The position numbers and the translations under genes are program-made. The notes under the pieces were generated by a model. It was not told the origin of the DNA and searched no databases. It worked only from the letters and a program-made list of their open reading frames with translations. From a virus (lineage: Duplodnaviria > Caudoviricetes): a DNA stretch of 57,399 nt. Shown in pieces: positions 8,323-15,501 of this stretch. Each line of letters opens with the position of its first letter. Within the stretch, counting starts at the first letter, position 1. The DNA is taken from positions 1 to 57,399 of IMG/VR virus record IMGVR_UViG_3300032242_001530. One strand, written 5' to 3'.

Positions 8323-8570
8323 TCTTCAACTCCGAAATGTCTTTTAATCTTTTCTACTGCAACATCCTGTCCTTCGACTAACCCTTTGCCAAACTCACTC
8401 ATATCTTCGTAGGGCTCGTCTAAAACTGGCTCACAAACGTTGATACATTGCTGTATCAATAACTCGGCGAACTTTTCTACAAATTCTTTAGTAATCTTTA
8501 TGTCCGAAATAGATCCATCGTTTGCTTTATCAAAAGCCTTTTCAGCAAGTTCTTTAATTCGTTCGTTCAT
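8319..8570 (-). CDS. MNERI-family small protein
   Basis: MNERIKELAEKA...KFAELLIQQC...IKRHFGVEE; start at the ATGA overlap (8570). Confidence 0.85.
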   Translation of the reverse strand: MNERIKELAEKAFDKANDGSISDIKITKEFVEKFAELLIQQCINVCEPVLDEPYEDMSEFGKGLVEGQDVAVEKIKRHFGVEE

Positions 8571-8782
8571 AACCAACTTCCTTTTAAAACATATGGTTTT
8601 TTGCCCCGCTCACGCACATCTATTTGTCTATGCTTTAGTTTCAATTTCTTAGCATAGTATCTTGCACGACCTAAGTGAGGTGTGCATATGTAATTCATGC
8701 TCCACCTGCCATTAGCATCACTGCCATCAACCATTTTATACAAGCCAACATAATACTTCTTCTTTGAATAGCACAATTTCAT
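8567..8782 (-). CDS. small basic hypothetical protein
   Basis: 71 aa, ATGA coupling at both ends. Confidence 0.7.
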   Translation of the reverse strand: MKLCYSKKKYYVGLYKMVDGSDANGRWSMNYICTPHLGRARYYAKKLKLKHRQIDVRERGKKPYVLKGSWL

Positions 8783-9075
8783 GCTAAATCCTCATGTGCT
8801 ACAACTGCGTAATCAATCTTAGATGCTACACCGTTGCTTGGTCTATAGACCATAATCTCACCATCCCATTGATCTTCGTCGAATAAAGGATCGCCGGGAC
8901 CTACAGTCTTAAATTCTAGTAATCGATTTGTAAAGTGTGATCTAACAAAGAATGATTTTGGATATCTGCTAGCACCTGTAGTAGCCTTTAGTGCACTAAG
9001 AGGTATAAACAACTTCTTAGTTTTTGGAAAGTAACTACACTTGTCTAGTGGCACTGCCATTACAACTTCACTCAT
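8779..9075 (-). CDS. hypothetical protein
   Basis: Start reassigned to MSEVVMAVP (9075, AGGAG SD); DEDQWDGE motif. Confidence 0.75.
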   Translation of the reverse strand: MSEVVMAVPLDKCSYFPKTKKLFIPLSALKATTGASRYPKSFFVRSHFTNRLLEFKTVGPGDPLFDEDQWDGEIMVYRPSNGVASKIDYAVVAHEDLA

Positions 9076-9238
9076 TAGAAACTCCTGCCTCTTCTTTAAT
9101 CTTTTCCCAACGCTCAAGTACAACTTCTTCAACCCAAGTCTCAGGGATCTCAAGAATGTTTGCAATCTCCTCGATCATAAACTTAGTGTTGTCCAGCAAA
9201 TCATTAATTTGCATATGTAAGTCTGCCATTTTGCTCAT
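9068..9238 (-). CDS. 56-aa helix-turn-helix-like protein (not in ORF track)
   Basis: MSKMADLHMQINDLLDNTKFMIEEIANILEIPETWVEEVVLERW...; EIA..LEIP..WV fits an HTH pattern; AAGGA SD. Confidence 0.75.
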   Translation of the reverse strand: MSKMADLHMQINDLLDNTKFMIEEIANILEIPETWVEEVVLERWEKIKEEAGVSNE

Positions 9239-9247
9239 ACTATATCC

Positions 9248-9502
9248 TTATACTAAATCAACTTGAACCTGATACTCTTTTACTTGCATCTTGTCATCGT
9301 ATACACGATGAGTCGTTGCAAACCCGGTACTTGTAGGATGACCATTCTTCATACGTTCAATAGCTAACCAAACTGCTACACGCTGTTCGGTGAAAGGCAT
9401 ATTGACCATTTCTTTTACTGTTGTAAAGAAACCTACACCATTCAAAATAACTCTGAAGCGTTGATGATTGTTCACACCAGGAATAATCTGTTTCATTTTC
9501 AT
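9248..9502 (-). CDS. hypothetical protein
   Basis: 84-aa ORF in the operon. Confidence 0.75.
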   Translation of the reverse strand: MKMKQIIPGVNNHQRFRVILNGVGFFTTVKEMVNMPFTEQRVAVWLAIERMKNGHPTSTGFATTHRVYDDKMQVKEYQVQVDLV

Positions 9503-9503
9503 A

Positions 9504-9716
9504 TTAAAACTCTTTCTTAGGAAAGCGTGCTGTAGGATCCGACATAGGTTTCATACCAGAATTAGATTTGCCTCGAGCGGATACTGGCTTAGGATTCTTG
9601 CGACCCTTGAGAACTTCTACAGTTCCACCTTTTGCGAAAAATTGGGCTAATGCGTCTTCTTGCATTTCGCGTGCTACAACCTTGGGGACTGCTGGGAGAT
9701 CTTTAATTTCTTGCAT
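9504..9716 (-). CDS. small basic early protein
   Basis: 70 aa; LAQFFAKGGTVEVL motif; first gene after promoter 9747-9775. Confidence 0.75.
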   Translation of the reverse strand: MQEIKDLPAVPKVVAREMQEDALAQFFAKGGTVEVLKGRKNPKPVSARGKSNSGMKPMSDPTARFPKKEF

Positions 9717-9746
9717 TCTGTTTCCTTTCTGTTGCTAATATGTCTT

Positions 9747-9775
9747 ATTATAACACCTAATGGAACATTAATCAA
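9747..9775 (-). promoter_or_regulatory. sigma70-type early promoter
   Basis: TTGATT-17 bp-TATAAT with AGGTGT before the -10. Confidence 0.85.
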
Positions 9776-9799
9776 GTAATAACCATACATTCTGAAGGG

Positions 9800-10105
9800 T
9801 TAATGCGAGTTCAATGTTGGTGAGCACTCACCTATTAGGGTTCTTTCGAGTGCATGTGCAGGGACTTTGCCCCTTACAACGGCAAGTTGCTGAGCAACGA
9901 ATGATTCCGCCCCGTAGGACCTTATAGCGTCGCATAACGCCCAGGACTTACCCTCAGTCAATGCCCTGCGTATGTGCTTTTGCACACGTGTTTTAAGGTC
10001 TTTCTGGCGAAAACCCTGTGTAACACCAATGTAGTAGTCACCTGTGACGCAGTTCGTCAGCATGTAGACTATATGCTTGCGGTCAGTTCGTTTTTTTCTT
10101 AACAT
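9800..10105 (-). CDS. minimal GIY-YIG family nuclease
   Basis: HIVY(x9)DYYIGVT, R..KH, conserved Glu (ALERTLI) and terminal LN. Confidence 0.85.
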   Translation of the reverse strand: MLRKKRTDRKHIVYMLTNCVTGDYYIGVTQGFRQKDLKTRVQKHIRRALTEGKSWALCDAIRSYGAESFVAQQLAVVRGKVPAHALERTLIGECSPTLNSH

Positions 10106-10111
10106 GCTATT

Positions 10112-10140
10112 ATTATATAGCCGTTTGGTCAGAAAGTCAA
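10112..10140 (-). promoter_or_regulatory. sigma70-type promoter, predicted to give a leaderless mRNA
   Basis: TTGACT-17 bp-TATAAT; only 6 nt separate the -10 from the ATG of the GIY-YIG gene. Confidence 0.85.
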
Positions 10141-10145
10141 GAAAA

Positions 10146-10164
10146 ACCCTCCAGAACGGAGGGT
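10146..10164 (-). terminator. GC-rich stem-loop upstream of the promoter (probable intrinsic terminator)
   Basis: 7-bp stem ACCCTCC/GGAGGGT with 5-nt loop, then TTTTCTT on the minus strand. Confidence 0.75.
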
Positions 10165-10167
10165 CTT

Positions 10168-10194
10168 AAAGGTAATAAAAAGGTTTTACCTTTT
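10168..10194. repeat. 27-bp repeat, copy 2
   Basis: Identical to 5278-5304. Confidence 0.95.
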
Positions 10195-10539
10195 TTTCGT
10201 GTTTAAAATGAGTCTAGTTTGATTGTCCGGTGTAGCAAAACATCTTGCCCTATACTCAGTACCGCCAGATGCGATATCCTCAATTAAGGAAAAATGTATG
10301 AGTTTTTCTCTAATCATGTATCTTGCTAATTCCATTGCAAGTTTATCTTTTATGTAATTTTGGTAATCGGTAACAGAATTACTTTTAAATACTTCCTTTT
10401 CCATATGATTAGAAGTAAAACTAACAGTAATCATCTTGCCTTGTATTGCTGCATACTCATCGGCTTTTGCTTCTACATCAGAATCTTTAAAAGGTAGTAT
10501 ACTATGATCTTCAAATCTTGTTGTGTTTACCATTGCCAT
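10186..10539 (-). CDS. hypothetical protein
   Basis: 117 aa, TAATG coupling. Confidence 0.75.
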   Translation of the reverse strand: MAMVNTTRFEDHSILPFKDSDVEAKADEYAAIQGKMITVSFTSNHMEKEVFKSNSVTDYQNYIKDKLAMELARYMIREKLIHFSLIEDIASGGTEYRARCFATPDNQTRLILNTKKR

Positions 10540-11150
10540 TATAAATCCAATCTATGAACGGTTCCAAACGAACCTTTAACAAAAACATTAAATGCAATAC
10601 AGTGTCTTGTTTCTGTTGATAAATTTGATTCAACAGAATGTATCATTTGAGATGGAAACAAAACTATATCGCCAGATGAAGGGGACAACGCAGTAGAAGG
10701 TGAATTAAACATATTAGGTTCGTTATATTCAAATCTAATATTAGTGGGAAACAACTGATCCTTAACTGAATCGTTATGAAATACTATATTGCCAGATTCG
10801 CTATTTGTTTTCAAATATAAACAGCCAGAGAATATACTATTATCATGATAGTGTTTTCCTATACTATCTCTATAATGATGTTTATTATACCAAGAGTTAG
10901 TTATATAGAATTTAAAGTTATTTTTAATAGAGCAGATATCTCTAGCAAATGATTCTATTGCTCTTTCTACGACTACTTTAAGTTCTTTTAACTGAGGCAT
11001 ATTTAGTATATAAGTATCAACAGACGTATCCATATTGGTATCTCGTCTAAAAACTATTTGATCTGCTATATGAATATACTTCTCAGTATCCAATCCCGAC
11101 TTATAATTTAGAATCGGCGTGGAAAATGCCGTCATCACCATATTTTGCAT
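10539..11150 (-). CDS. 2OG-Fe(II) oxygenase-like protein
   Basis: SWYN, HxH (HYHDNSIFSGCLY), LFPS...HSV...R..IAFN. Confidence 0.88.
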   Translation of the reverse strand: MQNMVMTAFSTPILNYKSGLDTEKYIHIADQIVFRRDTNMDTSVDTYILNMPQLKELKVVVERAIESFARDICSIKNNFKFYITNSWYNKHHYRDSIGKHYHDNSIFSGCLYLKTNSESGNIVFHNDSVKDQLFPTNIRFEYNEPNMFNSPSTALSPSSGDIVLFPSQMIHSVESNLSTETRHCIAFNVFVKGSFGTVHRLDL

Positions 11151-11151
11151 A

Positions 11152-11277
11152 CTATTTTTCCACGTGTGGAATCCATCCTATCAATGCAATTAACCAAGGA
11201 AGACAACCGGGCTCGTTCCATGTCAATATAATCATGGCAAATGATAAAATTACAATAAGCCCAGCTATTAGTTTCAT
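11152..11277 (-). CDS. 41-aa membrane peptide (not in ORF track)
   Basis: MKLIAGLIVILSFAMIILTWNEPGCLPWLIALIGWIPHVEK*; ATGA coupling. Confidence 0.65.
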   Translation of the reverse strand: MKLIAGLIVILSFAMIILTWNEPGCLPWLIALIGWIPHVEK

Positions 11278-11564
11278 TTTACTTCTTTCAACTTAGGTTC
11301 TTTAGATTTGTCTATTTCAGGTTTAATTTTAGCAAGTTCCTCAGGCTCAGCAAAACGCATAGGTTGTAATGATTCCTTCGGGATAAACTCTACGAGTGTT
11401 ACTTTTCTCCAATACTTACTAAATAGATTATTAAGTAGTATTGCTGTTAATGATAAAAAGATAACTCCAATACTAATCAATAATGATGCGATAGTAAAGG
11501 TTAGGTATGCGTCTAAATCCATTTTAGTTAATCCTTCGGTTAGGTTTTGAATCTGGTTTGCCAT
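11274..11564 (-). CDS. single-TM membrane protein
   Basis: 96 aa with a long hydrophobic segment; true start may be the second Met. Confidence 0.7.
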   Translation of the reverse strand: MANQIQNLTEGLTKMDLDAYLTFTIASLLISIGVIFLSLTAILLNNLFSKYWRKVTLVEFIPKESLQPMRFAEPEELAKIKPEIDKSKEPKLKEVK

Positions 11565-11745
11565 AAATTAATTTCTCATACTCTTTTAAAGTAATCTCTT
11601 TGTATTTGTATTCTGATACAGAATCAAGAGATGCTTCAAACTCCATCAAGGACTTAAGATTATATCCTCGTGCAGGGATTTTAAATTTAAATCCGTCATA
11701 CATGACCACACTAATCTGATAGTAACCATTCTTAGCTATTGTCAT
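11524..11745 (-). CDS. hypothetical protein
   Basis: 73 aa, coupled. Confidence 0.7.
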   Translation of the reverse strand: MTIAKNGYYQISVVMYDGFKFKIPARGYNLKSLMEFEASLDSVSEYKYKEITLKEYEKLIYGKPDSKPNRRIN

Positions 11746-12017
11746 GCTCTGCCAAACGATTTCTTGATGTTATCAATTACTCTTTGTATAGTACTTTGTG
11801 CAATAGCATGATCATATGTTGTAAGAGCGTGGGGCGCAGTATTGACAGCAGCAACAATGCACATACTTACTATTCGGTCAGTATATTCTTTTAGTTCGTC
11901 TTTAGGAACCCATTTACCACTAACATCTGTTTTAGCAGACGCTATTAGCTTTTCTATACAAACAGTATCGACTTTATTTTGTTTAAAATCAAAAGTGTTT
12001 TTAATTTTCTCAGTCAT
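11742..12017 (-). CDS. hypothetical protein (distant MNERI-like layout)
   Basis: IEKLIASA...EYTDRIVSMC...IKKSFG. Confidence 0.75.
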   Translation of the reverse strand: MTEKIKNTFDFKQNKVDTVCIEKLIASAKTDVSGKWVPKDELKEYTDRIVSMCIVAAVNTAPHALTTYDHAIAQSTIQRVIDNIKKSFGRA

Positions 12018-12220
12018 TTCATTAACTTCATTTCTAAATCTTCAAATCTTTTAACTATCTTATCTTGTTCGTGTCTTGGCATCTGAGATACTATATCTGT
12101 TAGTATTACTTGATATGCGCCTGCAGCATAGGATCCGTCGCCATACTTAGCAATGGATGTTTTATAAAATCTATTGAGTAATATCTCAATATCTATTTTT
12201 GGTATTGGAGGTCTAATCAT
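12014..12220 (-). CDS. hypothetical protein
   Basis: 68 aa, SYAAGAY motif, coupled. Confidence 0.7.
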   Translation of the reverse strand: MIRPPIPKIDIEILLNRFYKTSIAKYGDGSYAAGAYQVILTDIVSQMPRHEQDKIVKRFEDLEMKLMK

Positions 12221-12459
12221 AACATAAACTTCTTAAGTACTTGTTTAGCTAAAGGAAACTTCTTTGTGTTTTCCCACTCTGCGTCTGCTATTTCAAGAAT
12301 AATTAGACGTTGCAGTGTGTCACATACATTTTGTTCTTCTTTGGTTAGTGTTTCATACCAATCAAAGAATTCATCTACAGTATCAAGCGACCACATTATG
12401 TCAAGCATCTCTACTTGTTCATATGTTAAACCTGTTAGTTTGACATCTTTCGGATTCAT
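12217..12459 (-). CDS. hypothetical early protein
   Basis: 80 aa, AAGGA SD, first gene after promoter 12486-12514. Confidence 0.8.
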   Translation of the reverse strand: MNPKDVKLTGLTYEQVEMLDIMWSLDTVDEFFDWYETLTKEEQNVCDTLQRLIILEIADAEWENTKKFPLAKQVLKKFML

Positions 12460-12485
12460 AGCGTTCCTTTAGGTTACGATGCTTT

Positions 12486-12514
12486 ATTATAACACCTTTT
12501 GTATGTAGTGTCAA
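12486..12514 (-). promoter_or_regulatory. sigma70-type early promoter
   Basis: TTGACA-17 bp-TATAAT perfect consensus with AGGTGT before the -10. Confidence 0.9.
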
Positions 12515-12521
12515 GCATTTT

Positions 12522-12689
12522 CTATTTAGTATAATTTGGTATTACTAGTGGCACAAATGGTAGTTTTTGGTTGATAAGTTTTTTATCAATTTTAAAATCT
12601 TTATTGGTTGTCCAATATTTAGCCTGCGTAACGATGTTACTTGATGCAACTACACATAGCTCATCTATAGATCTTTCTGCACTTATCAT
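12522..12689 (-). CDS. 55-aa hypothetical protein (not in ORF track)
   Basis: MISAERSIDELCVV...PNYTK*; ATGA coupling. Confidence 0.5.
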   Translation of the reverse strand: MISAERSIDELCVVASSNIVTQAKYWTTNKDFKIDKKLINQKLPFVPLVIPNYTK

Positions 12690-12829
12690 AGTATACCATT
12701 GGTCTTAAGATAACGATATAGTTTAACATAATAAGAAAAAGATGCAGGATATACATCAGGGTCAGGCAATTTCTCACCCCAGCGTTCCTGCATCTCAGAA
12801 TAAAATTGAAGTACTTCTTCGTCGTTCAT
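12686..12829 (-). CDS. 47-aa small protein (not in ORF track)
   Basis: MNDEEVLQFYSEMQERWGEKLPDPDVYPASFSYYVKLYRY...; ATGA coupling. Confidence 0.75.
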   Translation of the reverse strand: MNDEEVLQFYSEMQERWGEKLPDPDVYPASFSYYVKLYRYLKTNGIL

Positions 12830-13755
12830 ACTTCAACATACTTTAGAGCGAATCTATCGGCACGATCTTCGTAATTATCATAACCTCTTGGGTTACATAC
12901 AATACGAGTAGAACCAAGCATATAATCAAAATCCTCATGGGTATGTCCGTGAGTCCACAACTTGATCTGAGGATTATCCAATATGAATGCAGATAGATCT
13001 GAACTATAGCCACCGTTCATGATTTCCTCATCTTTATAGCGAGGATGAGTCGATAGCTTAGATGGAGCATGATGTCCGACAACCACAAACTTAGTGTCGT
13101 GTTTGCCTTCAAGCATAACCTTTAGGTAACCAAGCATTTTCTTATGATCGTCTACAGCATCTTGAGGTGAGAATGTAGAAGCATATTCTTTGAATTCGAA
13201 CCCATCCTCAACCAAAGAATTGATTTCACCAATCTTTTGTGAGATATACTTTCCATTCTCATCTCTCTTGTAGACTGGCACTTTCTTAGTAACCATGTGA
13301 TTGCTGTTCTTCACGCAACGAAAATCATTCATCATACCTGTCATATGTCTTAGTGTCAAAGGATCTTCATTATTCATATCTGTCCACAAGGTGCCACCGA
13401 TGAATGTAATGTCGTTAATAACTTTAGTCTCCTTGTCTAGCAAATACACATTGCTTAGCATATTAGACTCAAGCATTGATTGTAGTTTGTTTTTAGACTC
13501 GGCAAAGTCACCGTTGTAATGCTCATGGTTACCCATGATGTAAATTACATGTGGAAATTGAAATGAACAACGCTTGAAGAAATCTACAATGCGATTACTG
13601 CGCGCACCTTGAAGGATATTGTTGTTGTCTGGTCTGCTAATATCAGCAGCAACACAGATATCACCGCCAAGAATCAATACATCGGCGTTGTCTGTATTCT
13701 GTAAATTGATATCACCAAACTCAAGATGAATATCTGAACAAATTGCGATTTTCAT
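12826..13755 (-). CDS. calcineurin-like metallophosphoesterase
   Basis: All five motifs present: SDIH, GD, GNHE, HHAP, HGHTH. Confidence 0.93.
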   Translation of the reverse strand: MKIAICSDIHLEFGDINLQNTDNADVLILGGDICVAADISRPDNNNILQGARSNRIVDFFKRCSFQFPHVIYIMGNHEHYNGDFAESKNKLQSMLESNMLSNVYLLDKETKVINDITFIGGTLWTDMNNEDPLTLRHMTGMMNDFRCVKNSNHMVTKKVPVYKRDENGKYISQKIGEINSLVEDGFEFKEYASTFSPQDAVDDHKKMLGYLKVMLEGKHDTKFVVVGHHAPSKLSTHPRYKDEEIMNGGYSSDLSAFILDNPQIKLWTHGHTHEDFDYMLGSTRIVCNPRGYDNYEDRADRFALKYVEV

Positions 13756-13772
13756 ATTTTTCCTAAAATTAT

Positions 13773-13801
13773 ATTATAACAGATTATGGTGGGGGTGTCA
13801 A
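13773..13801 (-). promoter_or_regulatory. sigma70-type promoter
   Basis: TTGACA-17 bp-TATAAT with extended -10 TG. Confidence 0.88.
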
Positions 13802-14011
13802 CCTTTTTCTAAACTCCCGATCTACATAGTATTGTATCAGGTTACGCTGAATCATAGTAATTAGATCGCCGTGGTCATTGTCTATAACAAACCGAACAGG
13901 GCACTTAGACCAAGTTCTATTCTTATTAAACTCTGCGAACCACTTTCGATGATCTTTATTCTTCGGATCAAACGTCACATAAGGTCTACCACATAATTCA
14001 AGTTTAGACAT
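13784..14011 (-). CDS. hypothetical protein
   Basis: 75 aa; FDPKNKDHR..WSKCPVRF. Confidence 0.8.
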   Translation of the reverse strand: MSKLELCGRPYVTFDPKNKDHRKWFAEFNKNRTWSKCPVRFVIDNDHGDLITMIQRNLIQYYVDREFRKRLTPPP

Positions 14012-14012
14012 A

Positions 14013-14318
14013 TTATTTAAAAAGTATTAAGGCCATTAAAACTGCTTGAGCAATAAATCCTATTCCAATTGTAATGATGTTTAAGGCATCTTTTAAAACT
14101 ACTGCTCTCGCAAACAACAATACAAGTCCAGTCCACATAAACAGTACAACATCTATACTGGGTGTATGATCACTAAGACCTGTCAATAAAGCCAATAGAG
14201 ATGGTAATGTAGCACAGTGTATTACTATTGCTGCTAACCATCCTAGGGTATCTGCAGATATAGTATGCAGATGTTCATTTAGAAAGTTTCTAATAGCATT
14301 TATGTTAAAGTATTTCAA
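14013..14318 (-). CDS. three-TM membrane protein (holin- or PQ-loop-like)
   Basis: Three hydrophobic helices; coupled to the cell wall hydrolase gene. Confidence 0.7.
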   Translation of the reverse strand: MKYFNINAIRNFLNEHLHTISADTLGWLAAIVIHCATLPSLLALLTGLSDHTPSIDVVLFMWTGLVLLFARAVVLKDALNIITIGIGFIAQAVLMALILFK

Positions 14319-14893
14319 GCTCTATCTCCGTAGAAAACATGTCGACCGATTTGTTCAATTTTAGGCTTATTCCAATTTGGTCTAACATAGTCCGCATGAT
14401 AATATAATGCCTTGCTAAGAGACGGTAGTCTAAAATTTTCTAATAGAACTTTCTTTGCTACCAATTCACTTTCTTTCCATAATTCCTTTTGAATAGGCTT
14501 GACTGTATAAGTGTTTTCGCAATACCAACTAAATTGGCAAACTACTTTTTGGTATACTATATTCTTTTGATGTACTACACCACAAACACTATCAGCGAAC
14601 TTGCCTGATTCTAAGCGATTCATTGTTACTTGAGCAACGCCAACTTTACCCTCAAAAGGTTCAGATGCCGCTTCCCAATAAATGTTTCGTGTTAGGCAAT
14701 CTAGTTGCTTCAATTTATATGAAGCACTAACATAACTATCTTGCAATTGGTTATTACTCTCTTTTAGAGCGGTAAGTCTTGAGTCACAAACAAGTGTGAC
14801 AATATAGGCTACTAGTAATAGACCAGATACTCTTAAGAACTTTTCTGTCCAATTGACAACCTTTTCAGTGTTGTCTTTTAAACTCAAATTCAT
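14315..14893 (-). CDS. SleB-like cell wall hydrolase (Hydrolase_2) with N-terminal membrane anchor
   Basis: CL..NIYWEA..E, VAQVTMNR, CQFSW, ALYYHADYV.P.W, IGRHVFY. Confidence 0.93.
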   Translation of the reverse strand: MNLSLKDNTEKVVNWTEKFLRVSGLLLVAYIVTLVCDSRLTALKESNNQLQDSYVSASYKLKQLDCLTRNIYWEAASEPFEGKVGVAQVTMNRLESGKFADSVCGVVHQKNIVYQKVVCQFSWYCENTYTVKPIQKELWKESELVAKKVLLENFRLPSLSKALYYHADYVRPNWNKPKIEQIGRHVFYGDRA

Positions 14894-14983
14894 ATTTTTC
14901 TCCTTTTGGTTGATCCCACAAATACAAAGAAAAAGGGTGCTACAGGACTCTTTTTCTAGGGGGATTTCTTTATCACAGAACTA

Positions 14984-15012
14984 ATTATATAACACTTGAC
15001 TGTAGAAGTCAA
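14984..15012 (-). promoter_or_regulatory. sigma70-type promoter with palindrome over the -35
   Basis: TTGACT-17 bp-TATAAT; CTTGACT-N5-AGTCAAG at 14995-15013. Confidence 0.82.
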
Positions 15013-15013
15013 G

Positions 15014-15038
15014 AAGACCTGGTCAGATGCCAGGTCTT
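15014..15038 (-). terminator. stem-loop ending the late structural block
   Basis: 9-bp stem AAGACCTGG/CCAGGTCTT with 7-nt loop, 15 nt after the stop of 15054..15446. Confidence 0.7.
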
Positions 15039-15053
15039 TGCTTAATCAAATCG

Positions 15054-15446
15054 TTAAGCTGATAATTTTGGAATAGGCTGTGCTACCCATCTATTGTTTT
15101 CATCGTCCCACGCATGAACTACACCTTCAGATTCCGTAGTTGGAAGAACATCTGGATCGTGTTCAAACGGTGCTTTCCAAAAGCATGTTTCCTCATCCAA
15201 CACCCATTTGCTATATGTCTTTGGTGGAATAAATGCATCGCGTCCTGCGTCGTAAGTATATCCAATTCCTGCATAGTTTTTACGTAAAGGTGTACCACCT
15301 AATTTATGTGCTCCACCTGAAGTGTTGTAGCTTGTTTGGATCCACTTGCTAGGATCGCCGACTGCGCCAGAATCAATAAAATCTTGCTCAGCCACAATAA
15401 CTTGTGTTACAATGTTGTTTTCATCTATTTGTGCAAAATGTGACAT
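15054..15446 (-). CDS. putative tail-fibre/adhesin assembly (chaperone-like) protein
   Basis: MSHFAQID..IVTQVIVA, WIQTSYN, RKNYAGIG.TYD..RDAFIPP, W.LDE.T..W.AP, WDDEN..W; follows a Gly-rich gene. Confidence 0.7.
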   Translation of the reverse strand: MSHFAQIDENNIVTQVIVAEQDFIDSGAVGDPSKWIQTSYNTSGGAHKLGGTPLRKNYAGIGYTYDAGRDAFIPPKTYSKWVLDEETCFWKAPFEHDPDVLPTTESEGVVHAWDDENNRWVAQPIPKLSA

Positions 15447-15493
15447 TTTTTTCTCCTTGTTTAAACTTGCTCTTTGGCAAATGTATTAATTTT

Positions 15494-15501
15494 TATTTAT
15501 A
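15494..15501 (-). promoter_or_regulatory. T4-type late promoter
   Basis: TATAAATA 47 nt upstream of the ATG at 15446. Confidence 0.75.

Noticed and set aside
12515-12825. Apparent ~300-bp intergenic gap (ncRNA or tRNA candidate)
   Set aside because: Filled by two coupled small ORFs (12686..12829 and 12522..12689); no tRNA cloverleaf seen here or in any other gap.
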